A stretch of 64,000 bases of DNA from Candidatus Latescibacterota bacterium (GCA_963761125.1 CAVXFV010000002.1:207963-271962); one strand, 5' to 3'; shown: positions 28,724 to 39,274, counted from the stretch's first letter. Notes: a model not told the origin generated them from the letters alone. Program-made: numbers and translations.

Positions 28724-29812
28724 TCAGGGCTGGGAGCCGGAGGAGCGCTCTTTCACGACCTTCTCGTAGCGCGTCGCGGCCTCCTTCGCCTTGTCCTTGT
28801 CCCCGGTTTCCGTGTAAATGCGCGCCAGCAACTGCCAGCCGCGGGGATCGTCCGGGGATATCGCTACAAACTTCTCGCCCCACAGGGCAGCGTTCGACCA
28901 GTCCGCAATGGCGACGTAGGCAACTTCGATATTGAAGACCGTCGTCGGCTCGTCGGGCTTGAGATCGAGCGCCTTCTGATAGTACGTGATCGCTTCCGCC
29001 ACTGCGGTCGAGTCCTGCTCGCGCGTGTTATACAGCGCGACGCCGATGTTGTAATAGAGGTTGAAGTCTTCGGCCCCGACCTTGGCGCGGGCTTCCGCGG
29101 CCATCTTGAGGAACACGGCTGCGCCTTTCCACTGCCTCGTGTTCAACAGGTCCGTTCCGATTCTCTCGATGATGTCGTAACTCGCCGGATCCTCGTCGAT
29201 CAGACGCTGGAACCGATTGACCGCTTCGTCGGCCCGATCCATGGCGACCAGTTCCTGTCCGGCGAGTTGAAGCGCCTTGGGGAAGTTCGCGTCGCTCGGA
29301 TTGGAAAGCTCGAGCACCTTGTCGGCGGCCTGAAGCGCCTTCTCGTGGTACGTCGAATCGTCCTCGGCAAGCCGTGTGTACGCGACGCCGAGGTTGTAGT
29401 ACGCGTTGGCCTGCGTCGGGTTGGCGAGGGTGGCCAGGTCGAACTCATCGGCCGCGGCCTTGTAGTCCTGCCGGTTGAACGCACTCTGTCCCAGCTTGTA
29501 GTGCTTGGCGAAGTTGCTCTGAATGTTGTCGTCTGCGTCGGCCTTCTTCTTGGGATCGAGTTCCCCGGCCTTCATGAAGTGTTCGTACGCCAGCTGGACG
29601 CTGTCGAGCTTGCTGTACGCGTAGCCCATCTGGAAGTGAGCCTCGGCGTCGTCCGGGTTGGTGGCGAGCGCCTCCCGGCAGAGCTGCAGCGCCACGTCGT
29701 AGTTGCCTTCCTGATTGCGCAGCTTCGCGCTCGTGGTCGCGACCGACTGACAGCCGATAGCGGCAATCAGGGCGAGTAGACAGAGTGTGGAAAAAATTCG
29801 AACTCGCATCAT
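28724..29812 (-). CDS. TPR-repeat lipoprotein
   Basis: It has a lipobox (LIAAIGC) and repeated TPR-like A..Y..LG.AY segments throughout. Confidence 0.8.
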   Translation of the reverse strand: MMRVRIFSTLCLLALIAAIGCQSVATTSAKLRNQEGNYDVALQLCREALATNPDDAEAHFQMGYAYSKLDSVQLAYEHFMKAGELDPKKKADADDNIQSNFAKHYKLGQSAFNRQDYKAAADEFDLATLANPTQANAYYNLGVAYTRLAEDDSTYHEKALQAADKVLELSNPSDANFPKALQLAGQELVAMDRADEAVNRFQRLIDEDPASYDIIERIGTDLLNTRQWKGAAVFLKMAAEARAKVGAEDFNLYYNIGVALYNTREQDSTAVAEAITYYQKALDLKPDEPTTVFNIEVAYVAIADWSNAALWGEKFVAISPDDPRGWQLLARIYTETGDKDKAKEAATRYEKVVKERSSGSQP

Positions 29813-30037
29813 GGTGCGTAGTCCTCCCTCACAAGTACAGGCTGGTCGACGTCTGGGGTTCCAGACCGACCATTACTTCAACGGTTCTTTATCGGGCAAC
29901 CCAATTCTCACGGGGCTGATGGGACGATCTCTATCGTTAGTGCGTGATTGATTCCAAGGCGGCGGATATTCCTTCAGGGGCCGCCGAGGTGGGTCGTTGG
30001 GGATCCATGCACGGGGATGGACCTGCCGTACGCCTCC

Positions 30038-30066
30038 ATTAAACGGGACGCCTCGAAAAGTGTCAA
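30038..30066 (-). promoter_or_regulatory. sigma-70-like promoter for the TPR lipoprotein gene
   Basis: The minus strand reads TTGACA-N17-TTTAAT. This predicts a ~215-nt 5' leader. Confidence 0.4.
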
Positions 30067-30126
30067 GCAGGAATTTGCGGCCCGTCCGGTCCCAACCGGC
30101 CATGCCTCATGGTCTTAGCGCGTTCT

Positions 30127-32385
30127 TTAGAAGAACGATTCCGGGTCCACGTCCCAGCGCAGGTCCACCCCGCGCGCTCCCCGGCGCGATTCGGTCAGGC
30201 GGCGGAACGCGTCCAGTACCGCGTCCTTGTCGGCCTGCGAGATCGCGCCTTTGAGAAGGATCTGTTCGCGGAAGCGGTTCTTGACGCGCGGGATCAAGGG
30301 TGGCGCCGGCCCGAGAACCGCGATTCCCCGGTCGGCGAGCACCCGGCGGGACGCGTCGGCCCATTCGTGCATGAGCGCGGTCAACGTGCCCGCGTCGGCG
30401 CTGGAGCAGGACGCCAGCACGAGACGCGCGTACGGCGGGTACCGCAGTTGCTTGCGGATATCGAGTTCGTCGGCCATGAACCCGTCGTAATCGTTCGCGA
30501 CCAGGTGGCGAAACACGGAGTGATCCGGCGAGTAGGTCTGGATCACGACCACGCCCCCGCGACCGACCCGCCCCGACCGACCCGACACCTGCGTGAGTTG
30601 CTGGAACGTCCGCTCGGCCGAACGGAAGTCGGGGAAGTTCAGCCCCTCTTCCGCGCTGACCACGCCGACCAGCGCGACGCCGGGAAAGTGATGTCCCTTG
30701 GTCACCATCTGTGTCCCCAGGAGGATCGGGTACTGACCGGTGCTGAACTCCTCGAGGATCTTGCGGTGTCCTTCCTTGCCGGACGTGGTGTCGGCATCCA
30801 TCCGCAGCACGCCGACGCCGGGAAACAGTCCTTTGAGATCGAGTTCGAGGCGCTGGGTTCCCACGCCGCTGTAATTGAGCAGCCGGCTGCCGCACGAGTC
30901 GCACTTTTCCGGACACCGGCGTTCGAACCCGCACAGGTGGCACTTCAGCCGCTCGTCGACGCGATGAAACGTGAGCGAGACGTCGCAGTTGCGGCACCGG
31001 GCCAGCCATCCGCACGCCGAACACTGCACGTAGCGCGCGTGACCGCGCTTGTTCAGGAACACGATCGCCTGCCGGCCTGCGTGGATCGTGCGTTCCAGGT
31101 GATCCATCAACTGCGGCGAAAACACTTTGCCGCGGGCGTCCGGCTCGCGCATATCGACGATCTCGATTGCGGGCAGTTCGCCGCCGCCGACGCGATCGGG
31201 CAGCCGCACGAGTTCGTACTTCTTCTCCTGCGCGAGTCGCAGGGATTCCGCCGACGGCGTCGCCGACCCGAGGATCACGGGGATTCCAAGCGTCCTTCCC
31301 CGCATCAGCGCGACCGCGCGCGCGTGGTAGCGCGGCTTGTCGTCCTGCTTGTACGACTCGTCCTGCTCTTCGTCGACCACGATCATGCCGAGATCGCGAA
31401 CGGGACTGAACACGGCCGATCGCGGACCCACCACGACGCGGTGTTCTCCGCGCATGATGCGGTCCCAGATTTCAAAGCGCTCCGGTCCGGTGAGCCGGCT
31501 ATGAATGATGGCGACGAGATCGCCGAACGCGCGCCGGTAACGCGCGGTGGCCTGCGGGAGGAGTCCGATCTCCGGTACCAGCACGATGCACCCGCCGCCG
31601 CGTTCCAGCACGTCGCGCGCCGCGCGCAGATACACCTCGGTTTTGCCGCTGCCAGTGACGCCATAGAGGAGCAGGGGGCGAAACTGGCGCGAATCGAGTG
31701 CCGCGACCACGCTCGACAGCGCGCGTTCCTGCGCGGCGGTGAGATCGCCGACGATCGCTTCGAGCGCATCGAGCGGCGACACCGTCTGCACCGCTTCGAT
31801 ACGAACCAGCCCGCGCCGCACCAGCCCGTCCAGAATTTCGCGCGCATAGCCCCATTCTCCCAGGATTACCGGCACCATCGCTTCGCCGCCCGCGCTCAAC
31901 AGCTCGGTCAGCAACGCGAGTTGCTTCTTCGCCCGCGACAGCGTCTTCTGCGCCACGCCGTACGCATCGCCGCCTTCGCCCTCGCACCGCAGCGCGTCGT
32001 CGGCAACGCGGGCAAGACCGGTCGGACGGGGCGTTACCTTCGCGCGACGCAGGCTGGGCGGGATGACCGACTGCATCGCCTCGCCGTGCGAGCATCCATA
32101 ATAGGAGGCGATCCAGCGCGCGAGCTCCAGGAGTTCCGGCGGCGCGAATGTCCCCTGCAGTTCGGCGATTGGCCGCGTACGCGGAACGTCCGACGTCGCG
32201 GCCAGGTCCACGACGACGCCGTTCAACGTGCGTTTGCCGAAGGGCACTTCGACGCGGCAGCCCACCTGGACGCGGCCGCGCAGCGTCTCGGGAATCTCGT
32301 AAGTAAAGGACTGATCGACGGGAATCGGCAGGACCACCCGCGCGAAGCGCGGTGCGGGAGTGACGGGTGTCGTTTCGGTCGGCAT
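30127..32385 (-). CDS. priA: primosomal protein N' (replication restart helicase)
   Basis: ORF 30127..32454 trimmed to the ATG at 32385. It has Walker A GVTGSGKTEVY, the DEEQD box and a Cys-rich zinc region (CSACGWLARCRNC...CHLCG...CDSCGS). Confidence 0.95.
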   Translation of the reverse strand: MPTETTPVTPAPRFARVVLPIPVDQSFTYEIPETLRGRVQVGCRVEVPFGKRTLNGVVVDLAATSDVPRTRPIAELQGTFAPPELLELARWIASYYGCSHGEAMQSVIPPSLRRAKVTPRPTGLARVADDALRCEGEGGDAYGVAQKTLSRAKKQLALLTELLSAGGEAMVPVILGEWGYAREILDGLVRRGLVRIEAVQTVSPLDALEAIVGDLTAAQERALSSVVAALDSRQFRPLLLYGVTGSGKTEVYLRAARDVLERGGGCIVLVPEIGLLPQATARYRRAFGDLVAIIHSRLTGPERFEIWDRIMRGEHRVVVGPRSAVFSPVRDLGMIVVDEEQDESYKQDDKPRYHARAVALMRGRTLGIPVILGSATPSAESLRLAQEKKYELVRLPDRVGGGELPAIEIVDMREPDARGKVFSPQLMDHLERTIHAGRQAIVFLNKRGHARYVQCSACGWLARCRNCDVSLTFHRVDERLKCHLCGFERRCPEKCDSCGSRLLNYSGVGTQRLELDLKGLFPGVGVLRMDADTTSGKEGHRKILEEFSTGQYPILLGTQMVTKGHHFPGVALVGVVSAEEGLNFPDFRSAERTFQQLTQVSGRSGRVGRGGVVVIQTYSPDHSVFRHLVANDYDGFMADELDIRKQLRYPPYARLVLASCSSADAGTLTALMHEWADASRRVLADRGIAVLGPAPPLIPRVKNRFREQILLKGAISQADKDAVLDAFRRLTESRRGARGVDLRWDVDPESFF

Positions 32386-32512
32386 GCGCGTGAGTATACG
32401 CGATGTCGCGAGGATTGTCGCACGGCACGCGGGGTCCGCCTGAAAAACGTACACGCACGCCGGTGAACCGGCGCGCGTGCGCGTGCAGAACGAACTTCGG
32501 GGCCGCGAGGAG

Positions 32513-32890
32513 CTACTTGCGGCAGCCCAGAATTTCCTGAATGCGGTCGATCAGCCGGCTGGGACTGAACGGCTTCACGATATAGTCCACCGCCCCGACT
32601 TCATAACCGAGCCGCTTGTCCAGGTCGCGTCCCTTCGCGGTCAACAGCACGACCGGGATGTTCTTCGTCTCCGGATCGCGCTTCAGACGCCGGCAGGTCT
32701 CGTAACCGTCGAGCACCGGCATCATGACGTCGAGAACGATGAGATTCGGCTTTTCCTGCTTGGCCTTCTCGATCGCCAGCTCGCCGTTGTTCGCGGTAAT
32801 GACCTCGAATCCTTCGGCTCCCAGGCTGAAGTCGAGAATGTGCAGAATATAGACCTCATCGTCGACGATGAGAATTTTGCCGAGCGCCAT
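32513..32890 (-). CDS. single-domain response regulator (CheY-like)
   Basis: It is REC only at 125 aa and contains ILIVDDE...LIVLDVMMPVLDG...TAKG...DYIVKPF. Confidence 0.9.
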   Translation of the reverse strand: MALGKILIVDDEVYILHILDFSLGAEGFEVITANNGELAIEKAKQEKPNLIVLDVMMPVLDGYETCRRLKRDPETKNIPVVLLTAKGRDLDKRLGYEVGAVDYIVKPFSPSRLIDRIQEILGCRK

Positions 32891-32913
32891 TGTGTCCTCC
32901 TTACAAAAGCTGT

Positions 32914-35900
32914 CTAGTGCGCATTTCGCTCGCTACCGGCGTGCGCCGCCGTTTCGCAGTCTTCATGTTGAAAGCTGGCTTCGTTCCGAATCACAGAACT
33001 CACGAACACGTCGACCACCTTCGGATCGAACAGCGTCCCCGAGCGATGCTTCAATACTTCGAGCGCCTCTTTCAGGCTGTACCGTTTCTGATAGGGCCGG
33101 TGCGATACCAGCGCGCGGAACGTGTCCGCCACACGAATGATCCGCGCCTCCAATGGAATCTCGTCGCCCGACAATTTGCCGGGATAGCCGGTGCCGTCGT
33201 AGTTCTCGTGGTGGTAGAGCACGGCGTCTCGCACCCGCGGAATGAACTCGATCGGCTTGAGCATGTCCGTCCCCACGATCGTATGCATCTCCAGGTGGTC
33301 GCGGTCCTCGAGCGACAACTCGCGTGGTTGCTTGATGATGTTGTGCCCGATCTTCGCCAGGCCCAGGTCGTACACGTTGAAGACGTAGCGCAACGTGGCG
33401 TTTTCGTCCGCGCTCATGCCCAGACGTTCGGCGACGTCCCGGAGCACGGTTGACAGGGCCTCGCCGGTGTCGCGGTCGATATACCGCTTCGCGTCGAGGA
33501 TCGACTTGAAGGTGGAACGCACGTCCTCGAATTCTCGCGAGCGCTCCTTGAAATTCGACAGCGCGTCCAGCGCGAGTACCACGCGCTCCGCGAATAGATC
33601 CAGAAGCGCGCGGTCCGCGTCGTCGAGCGCGTCGCGTCCCACCGGATCGGTGACGTTGATCACGCCGATGACCCGGCCGTCGCGCCGCAACGGCACCGAC
33701 AGGAACGACTTGGATTCGTAGCGGCGGCCGTTCGACGAGATGCCCAGGCGGTCGTCACTCTCGATGTTGCGCACCAGAAACGCATCGTTGCCCTTGACCA
33801 CGCGTCCGGAGATTGCGTCGCCGACCCGCACACGCGCGTGTTCGACGACATCTTCGTCGAGCCCGATCGCGCTCTCGATGCGGAGTTCGTCGCCGTTCTC
33901 GTCGACCAGCATCAGCGACGCACGTTTGACGTGCAGCAGTTCGGCGACGAGTTCGACCACGAGTTCCATGTAGCGCTCGACTTCGAAGCGCCGCGTCGAC
34001 ACGTAACCGCTCAGGAGCTCGCTGCGGACGATGGCCTGCTTCTTCGGGATCACGACCACGAATCGCGCGCCCCGTCCCGGCACGTTCTCCACCCAGATGC
34101 GACCGTCGTGCCACTCGACGATGTTCTTGCAGATCGCGAGCCCGATGCCGGTGCCGCCGTGACGGCGCGTGTTGGTGGCGTCGACCTGATGGAAATGATC
34201 GAAGATCTTTTCGATCTGATCGTCGGGAATGCCGATGCCGTTGTCTTCGACGATGATGCGAGCGCTCACGACTTCGTCTTCCAGGCGCACCCAGACGTGC
34301 CCGCCCTCGGGCGTGAACTTGGACGCGTTGTGCAGCAGGTTCAGCACCAGCTGTTTCATCAGGTCGCGCTCGGCGCGCACCTTGACCTCGCCCGGCGGAA
34401 GCTGGGCGTTCAGCGTGATACGCTTGCCTTCGAAATTCTTCTCGAGTTCGCCGGCCGCGACTTCGACGATTTCATTGAGATTGCACGACGTCCGCTCGAA
34501 CCGGACCGCGCCGGATTCCATCTGCGAGAAATCGAGGATATCCTCGATCAGCGTCATCAGCCGCGAGCTCTCCTCCTGGATGACGATCAGGAACTCCTTG
34601 AGGATCTCCCGGTCGATGGACGCCGCGTTCTTGAGCAGCGTTTCGCAGTAGGCCTGGATCGACGTGAGCGGCGTGCGGAACTCGTGCGAAATGGTCGCGA
34701 CGAAGTTCGACTTCATCTTGTTGAGGCTCGACAGCTTGTCGGCGTACTGCTTGAGCTTCTCGTTCTTCTCGCCGACCTCGCGATACCGGTTGAGATTGCG
34801 GATGGCGATGGTCGCGAGCGTCGCGATGGTCTCCAGTGTTTCGATCACGTCGACGACCGACCGATTCGGGTCCTCCGGCTCTTCGACGGACAGGTATCCG
34901 ATGGTCCGTTCGCCCGCGTCGTCGTCGACCAGCGGCACGATCAGGCGCTCGACTTCGTCCCACTGTCCAGCCACGAGCACCGCGTCTCCGTCGCCGTTCG
35001 GCGAACGGGCGGGCTCGGACACCGGTGTGAGGTTCTTGAGAAAGTAGCTCCGGCCGACGCGGAAGCGCGGCTCGATCATCATTTGATACTCGGGAACCGT
35101 GATGCGGTGGTTCATCACCGCTTCCTGCGCGTCGGGGTTGAGTCCGACATAGGCCTTCGGTTCGAAACTCTGCGTGCGGTCGTTGAGCAGCCGGATGATC
35201 ACGGTCTCGAAGCCGAGGCTCTCGCGCACGAGTTCCGCCACCATCTGCAGGAGCTCCTTGACGTTCTTGTGCTGCTGGATCCGAATGCCGATCTCCAGCA
35301 TCCGTTCCTTGTCGTCCGCGCGGCGGACGAGCGCACGCGAGTGGTCGCGCTGGCGCCGGATCATGGAACTCGAGTCTTCGTACATGTCCGAGGCGACGCG
35401 ACTGAGAAGGCTCAACTCGCTGTGCGCCTTCTCGGCTTCGAACGATTTCTCCTCCGCCTGGCGGCGCATGCGCGTCCCCACCACGATGTAGACGGTCTGC
35501 AACGCGAGCAGTCCGGTCACGAGGGCGAGGATGTCGGCGACCTGCGCGGACCGCAGCAGAATCGAGGACAGCGGGCCGGTCGCCGCGCCGACGCCGACGA
35601 CGCACAGCCACGAAGCGATCAGCGACGCCGCGAAGATGAACAGGGTCGGACGAACTTCCGGAATTGCCGTGCGCGCCGCCGATACCAGCGCGCCGCTGAT
35701 GCGGATGGTGGCGCCCAGGAGGATCGCGCTCAGGAGTCCGACGAACGTGACGCCGGGCGTTTCCGGCACGATCGCGTACAGAAGTCCCGCGCTCAATCCG
35801 AACACGGCGGTCTGATACTTGACCGCGCGCCACTCGGCGTCGGTGAACGTTCCGTAGTGCCGGGCCGTTGCATCGAGTGCGGGGTCGGGGGACTCCAGAA

Positions 35901-36225
35901 CCGGCGGAATCTGCACGTCGTTGACGCCGACGGGAATGCAACGCGCCGCAAGATACAGGAAACCGAAGTTCAGCAGCAGAAACAAAAACGGCGGAGCGGT
36001 CGTCGTCGCCAGCATGGTGGCGCTGAACACGACCACGGTAACGCGACTGGCCCCGAACGCGAGCGCCGCGAACGTGCGGCAGAAGAACAACGACGAGTTG
36101 GTCGTCACTGTCTCGCGCCACATCGCCAGGAACAACAGCATCACCAGTACCCCGCACATGGCGAGGTACGTCGTCGGAGCCGACGGCCCGGTGATCTGCG
36201 CGACGATAATGTTCGAAATCGGCAT
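32914..36225 (-). CDS. multi-TM sensor histidine kinase with GAF-HisKA-HATPase-GAF-HD-GYP architecture (HD motif is YD)
   Basis: It is 1103 aa with an N-terminal polytopic region. It has the H-box SHEFRTPLTSI, the G-boxes DNGIGIP and GGTGIGLAI, and a second GAF. The C-terminal domain has HHENYDGTGYP, but NVYDLG where HDxGK is expected. Confidence 0.9.
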   Translation of the reverse strand: MPISNIIVAQITGPSAPTTYLAMCGVLVMLLFLAMWRETVTTNSSLFFCRTFAALAFGASRVTVVVFSATMLATTTAPPFLFLLLNFGFLYLAARCIPVGVNDVQIPPVLESPDPALDATARHYGTFTDAEWRAVKYQTAVFGLSAGLLYAIVPETPGVTFVGLLSAILLGATIRISGALVSAARTAIPEVRPTLFIFAASLIASWLCVVGVGAATGPLSSILLRSAQVADILALVTGLLALQTVYIVVGTRMRRQAEEKSFEAEKAHSELSLLSRVASDMYEDSSSMIRRQRDHSRALVRRADDKERMLEIGIRIQQHKNVKELLQMVAELVRESLGFETVIIRLLNDRTQSFEPKAYVGLNPDAQEAVMNHRITVPEYQMMIEPRFRVGRSYFLKNLTPVSEPARSPNGDGDAVLVAGQWDEVERLIVPLVDDDAGERTIGYLSVEEPEDPNRSVVDVIETLETIATLATIAIRNLNRYREVGEKNEKLKQYADKLSSLNKMKSNFVATISHEFRTPLTSIQAYCETLLKNAASIDREILKEFLIVIQEESSRLMTLIEDILDFSQMESGAVRFERTSCNLNEIVEVAAGELEKNFEGKRITLNAQLPPGEVKVRAERDLMKQLVLNLLHNASKFTPEGGHVWVRLEDEVVSARIIVEDNGIGIPDDQIEKIFDHFHQVDATNTRRHGGTGIGLAICKNIVEWHDGRIWVENVPGRGARFVVVIPKKQAIVRSELLSGYVSTRRFEVERYMELVVELVAELLHVKRASLMLVDENGDELRIESAIGLDEDVVEHARVRVGDAISGRVVKGNDAFLVRNIESDDRLGISSNGRRYESKSFLSVPLRRDGRVIGVINVTDPVGRDALDDADRALLDLFAERVVLALDALSNFKERSREFEDVRSTFKSILDAKRYIDRDTGEALSTVLRDVAERLGMSADENATLRYVFNVYDLGLAKIGHNIIKQPRELSLEDRDHLEMHTIVGTDMLKPIEFIPRVRDAVLYHHENYDGTGYPGKLSGDEIPLEARIIRVADTFRALVSHRPYQKRYSLKEALEVLKHRSGTLFDPKVVDVFVSSVIRNEASFQHEDCETAAHAGSERNAH

Positions 36226-36240
36226 CGTGGTCGCCCCGTG

Positions 36241-37488
36241 TTACCCCTTCGACGCACCAACCGGCGGCTCGGCGAGCTGGCGCTTGTAGCCCCGCTCGTC
36301 GTGCGTCGACAGTTTACCGTCTTCCTTGAGAACGCTGATGAACGCCTCGACGACGTCGCGGTCAAACTGACCGCCCGAGTGATCGACCAGGTCGCGGACG
36401 GCCTCCTCGACCGTACGGCGCGTGCGATACGGACGGCCGATGGTCATCGACTGAAAGGCATCGATCGCCGCGAGGATGCGCGCACCGATCGGGATCTCGT
36501 CGCCCTTGAGGCCCATCGGGTATCCCTTCCCGTCCCAGCGCTCATGGTGATACAGAATGATGTTGCTCACCGCTTCGACGAACTCCAGCGGCCGGATCAG
36601 CTCGGCGCCGCGCTCCGGATGGCGCTGGATCCTCATCATTTCTTCCGAAGACAAATTGAGCGTCTTGTTGAGAATTTCGTCGCTGATCTCCGTCATTCCG
36701 ATGTCGTGCACGCTTGCCACGTACTGAATGACGCTGACTTCCTTTTCGGGAAGCCGCAGCTTGCGCGCGACCTTGACCGCGTGATCGACCGCCTGCTCGA
36801 TGACCTTGGTTTTCGTCTGCATCTCCAGCATGCGCCGGAACGCGTCGACCGTGTCCTGCAGGAACGTATGCGAGTCCTCGACCATGCGCACCCGCTCCAG
36901 AGCACGCGAGATGCGTTCGCTGAACGAGATCAGCAGATTGAGGTCGTCGTGATCGAACGGATTGCCGTTGATCTTGTTGTTCACGTTGATCACGCCGACG
37001 ATCACGTCGTTGACCCGGAGCGGCACGCTCAGGAGCGATACGGTTTCGTACTGCGGTCCGTTCGGCGCGGTGAAGAACTCGTTCTCTTCGATATTGCTGA
37101 TCAGCAACGGCTCGCCGCGCTCCACCACCATGCCGGCGATTCCCTGACCCACCTTGACGCGCGTGTTCTCCACCACCCATTCCTCGATCCCGTACGACAT
37201 CTTGATGAATAGCTCCGCGCGGGCTTTGTCGAGCAGCATGAGCGAGACGCGCTTGGCGTTCAGCAGCTCGGCGATCATTTTGACGATCAGTTCGAGCATC
37301 TCGTGGAGCTGCTCGCGCGCGTCCACGAGTTCGCCGATGTAACCGATCAGATCGTTGAAGCAGTGCTCGCGCGGCAGCGTGAAGTAGAACGTGCTGCCGA
37401 CGTTTTCGGTGCTGTCGACGCGCACCGCGCCACCGTGCTGCTCGACGATGTTCTTGACGATCGCGAGCCCCAGTCCGAGGCCTTCCAT
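36241..37488 (-). CDS. C-terminal fragment of paralogous kinase: end of HATPase, GAF, HD-GYP
   Basis: ORF 36241..37488 begins MEGLGLGLAIVKNIVEQHGG (G2 box), followed by a GAF. The HD-GYP domain has VHDIG and HHERWDGKGYP. Confidence 0.85.
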   Translation of the reverse strand: MEGLGLGLAIVKNIVEQHGGAVRVDSTENVGSTFYFTLPREHCFNDLIGYIGELVDAREQLHEMLELIVKMIAELLNAKRVSLMLLDKARAELFIKMSYGIEEWVVENTRVKVGQGIAGMVVERGEPLLISNIEENEFFTAPNGPQYETVSLLSVPLRVNDVIVGVINVNNKINGNPFDHDDLNLLISFSERISRALERVRMVEDSHTFLQDTVDAFRRMLEMQTKTKVIEQAVDHAVKVARKLRLPEKEVSVIQYVASVHDIGMTEISDEILNKTLNLSSEEMMRIQRHPERGAELIRPLEFVEAVSNIILYHHERWDGKGYPMGLKGDEIPIGARILAAIDAFQSMTIGRPYRTRRTVEEAVRDLVDHSGGQFDRDVVEAFISVLKEDGKLSTHDERGYKRQLAEPPVGASKG

Positions 37489-37503
37489 CTTGGACGCCTT
37501 GTG

Positions 37504-39274
37504 GCGCGCGCGTCCGAAAATATTTGTCGAAGACGCTTCCGATCTCGTCGCGTGGAATACCGACGCCCTGATCGGTGACGGACACCAGAATGTTGACGGC
37601 CTCTTCGCGGGCGGCCACCGAGACCGTCGTTCCGCGCGGCGAATACTTTAGCGCGTTGGAGATCAGATTGATGAACACCTGCTTGATCAGGTCGGCGTCG
37701 CCGTCGATTCGCGGCAGGTCGGCCGGCACGTCGACCTCGACCGACACGTCGCGCTCCTGGAGCGATGGGCTCAGCATCGAGACCACCTCTTCGACGACTG
37801 CGGCGAGGTCGATGGGTGCGCGGGCCACGGGACGCTGGCCGAATTCGATCTTCGACACGTCGAGGACGTCGCCCACGATCCGGATCAGGCGGTTCGATTC
37901 CTTGTTGATGATGTCGAGGAACTCGCGCTTCTGAGCGAACATCGGATCGTCGATGTTGCCAAGCAAGGTCTCGACGTACGCCTTGATCGAAGTCAGCGGC
38001 GTCCGCAGTTCGTGCGACACGTGCGACACGAAGTCGGATTTCAGGATGTTGGCCTTGTGCAGCGTGTCCATCTGGCGTTCGAGTTCGCGGATTTTCCGCT
38101 CGAGCGAGTCGTACAGGCGGCTCTTCTCGATCGCGTTCGACAATTGCTGGCTCAGCGTCGTGATCAGGCGCATATGCGGCTCGGTGACCGACTTGGGCAT
38201 GAAGTCGCCCGTATAGATGACGCCCGTCACCTGCTTTCCCGCGGACAGGGGAAATCCCACCAGCGAGCGGATCCCGAAACGATTCAGGAATTCGCTGCAG
38301 TTCGCGCGCTTGTCGCGGGTCGTGTCCTCGACGACGATCGGCGTATTATGCGTCCAGATCCACTCGCTCAGCCCACCGCGACGCATCTTCCGTTCGAGCT
38401 TGGCCTCGCGGTTCTGATTCACCCCGACGAAGACCGAGTGCGTGATCTCCTGCTTCTGATTGAACAGCACGATGCTTGCCCACGGACGGTCGAGCAGGAG
38501 CGTCGCTTCCTTGGCGACGATCTTGAGCAGTGTCTCCAGCGACATCGCCGCGTTGATGCCGGTGCTGATGTCGTAGAGCCGGGTGAGTTCGTCGATCCGC
38601 GATTCGCTTTCCTGTTTCTTGCGGCGCATCCGTTCCAGAGAGCTGTTGAGCCGGTCCTGGAACGCGTTGGACAGGAAGATGACCAGGCTGATGAACGCGG
38701 CCATCACCAGCAGTGAACCGGCGACGTAGTGACCGTTTTCGAACACGCCGGGCGCGCTGCGATAGACGGTCTCGTGCGGGATGGAGCCGTGCATCTCCAG
38801 GTAGCCGAGGACGGCGATCGCGGAAATCGACGCCGACACGAAATACGCCGCCGTGACCTTCCACGGGAACGTGTTGCACACGAAGAACAGCGGAATCGTG
38901 AGCAGGAACAGGAAGGGGCTCTCGATGGTTCCGGTGAGCCAGATCAGCGCGATGACGGCGGCGAGATCGACGTAGCTCGAATACCACAACAGCGCCGAGT
39001 TCTTGCGCTTCTTATCCCAATCGAATCCGTCGCCGACCGCGTCCCACAGCCATTCACCCACGTATTGCAGCAACGCCGCGACCAGGAACAACCCGACCAT
39101 GGCGTTGGTGCGATACGTGAAGTCGCCCAGGAAACGCGCGGCGAACACGATTGCGAAGAACGCAACGAGTTCGACGAATCTCAGGTACAAGATGCTCAAC
39201 GGACTGGACTCCAGCGCCCGTGGACTCGCGTCCCAGGCGGATGATCGATTCACGGCAACACCACCCCCGCCCAT
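37504..39274 (-). CDS. N-terminal fragment of paralogous sensor histidine kinase: TM region, GAF, HisKA, most of HATPase
   Basis: The meaningful part of ORF 36542..39274 runs up to ...GIPRDEIGSVFDKYFR and includes the H-box SHELRTPLTSI. After ~37504 this frame turns R-rich. The alternative start GTG 39253 gives a GTGA overlap with the upstream kinase's stop. Confidence 0.85.

Noticed and set aside
29873-30103. A 76-aa ORF in the priA-TPR intergenic region.
   Set aside because: It has no RBS and P/R-rich composition. It spans the predicted promoter and leader, so I treat the region as non-coding.
37889-37901. A GGTTCGATTCC T-loop-like motif, considered as a possible tRNA.
   Set aside because: It lies inside the kinase coding frame, with no acceptor, anticodon or D-arm complementarity around it. 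I found no other tRNA-like signature in the window, including tRNA-Sec near selB.
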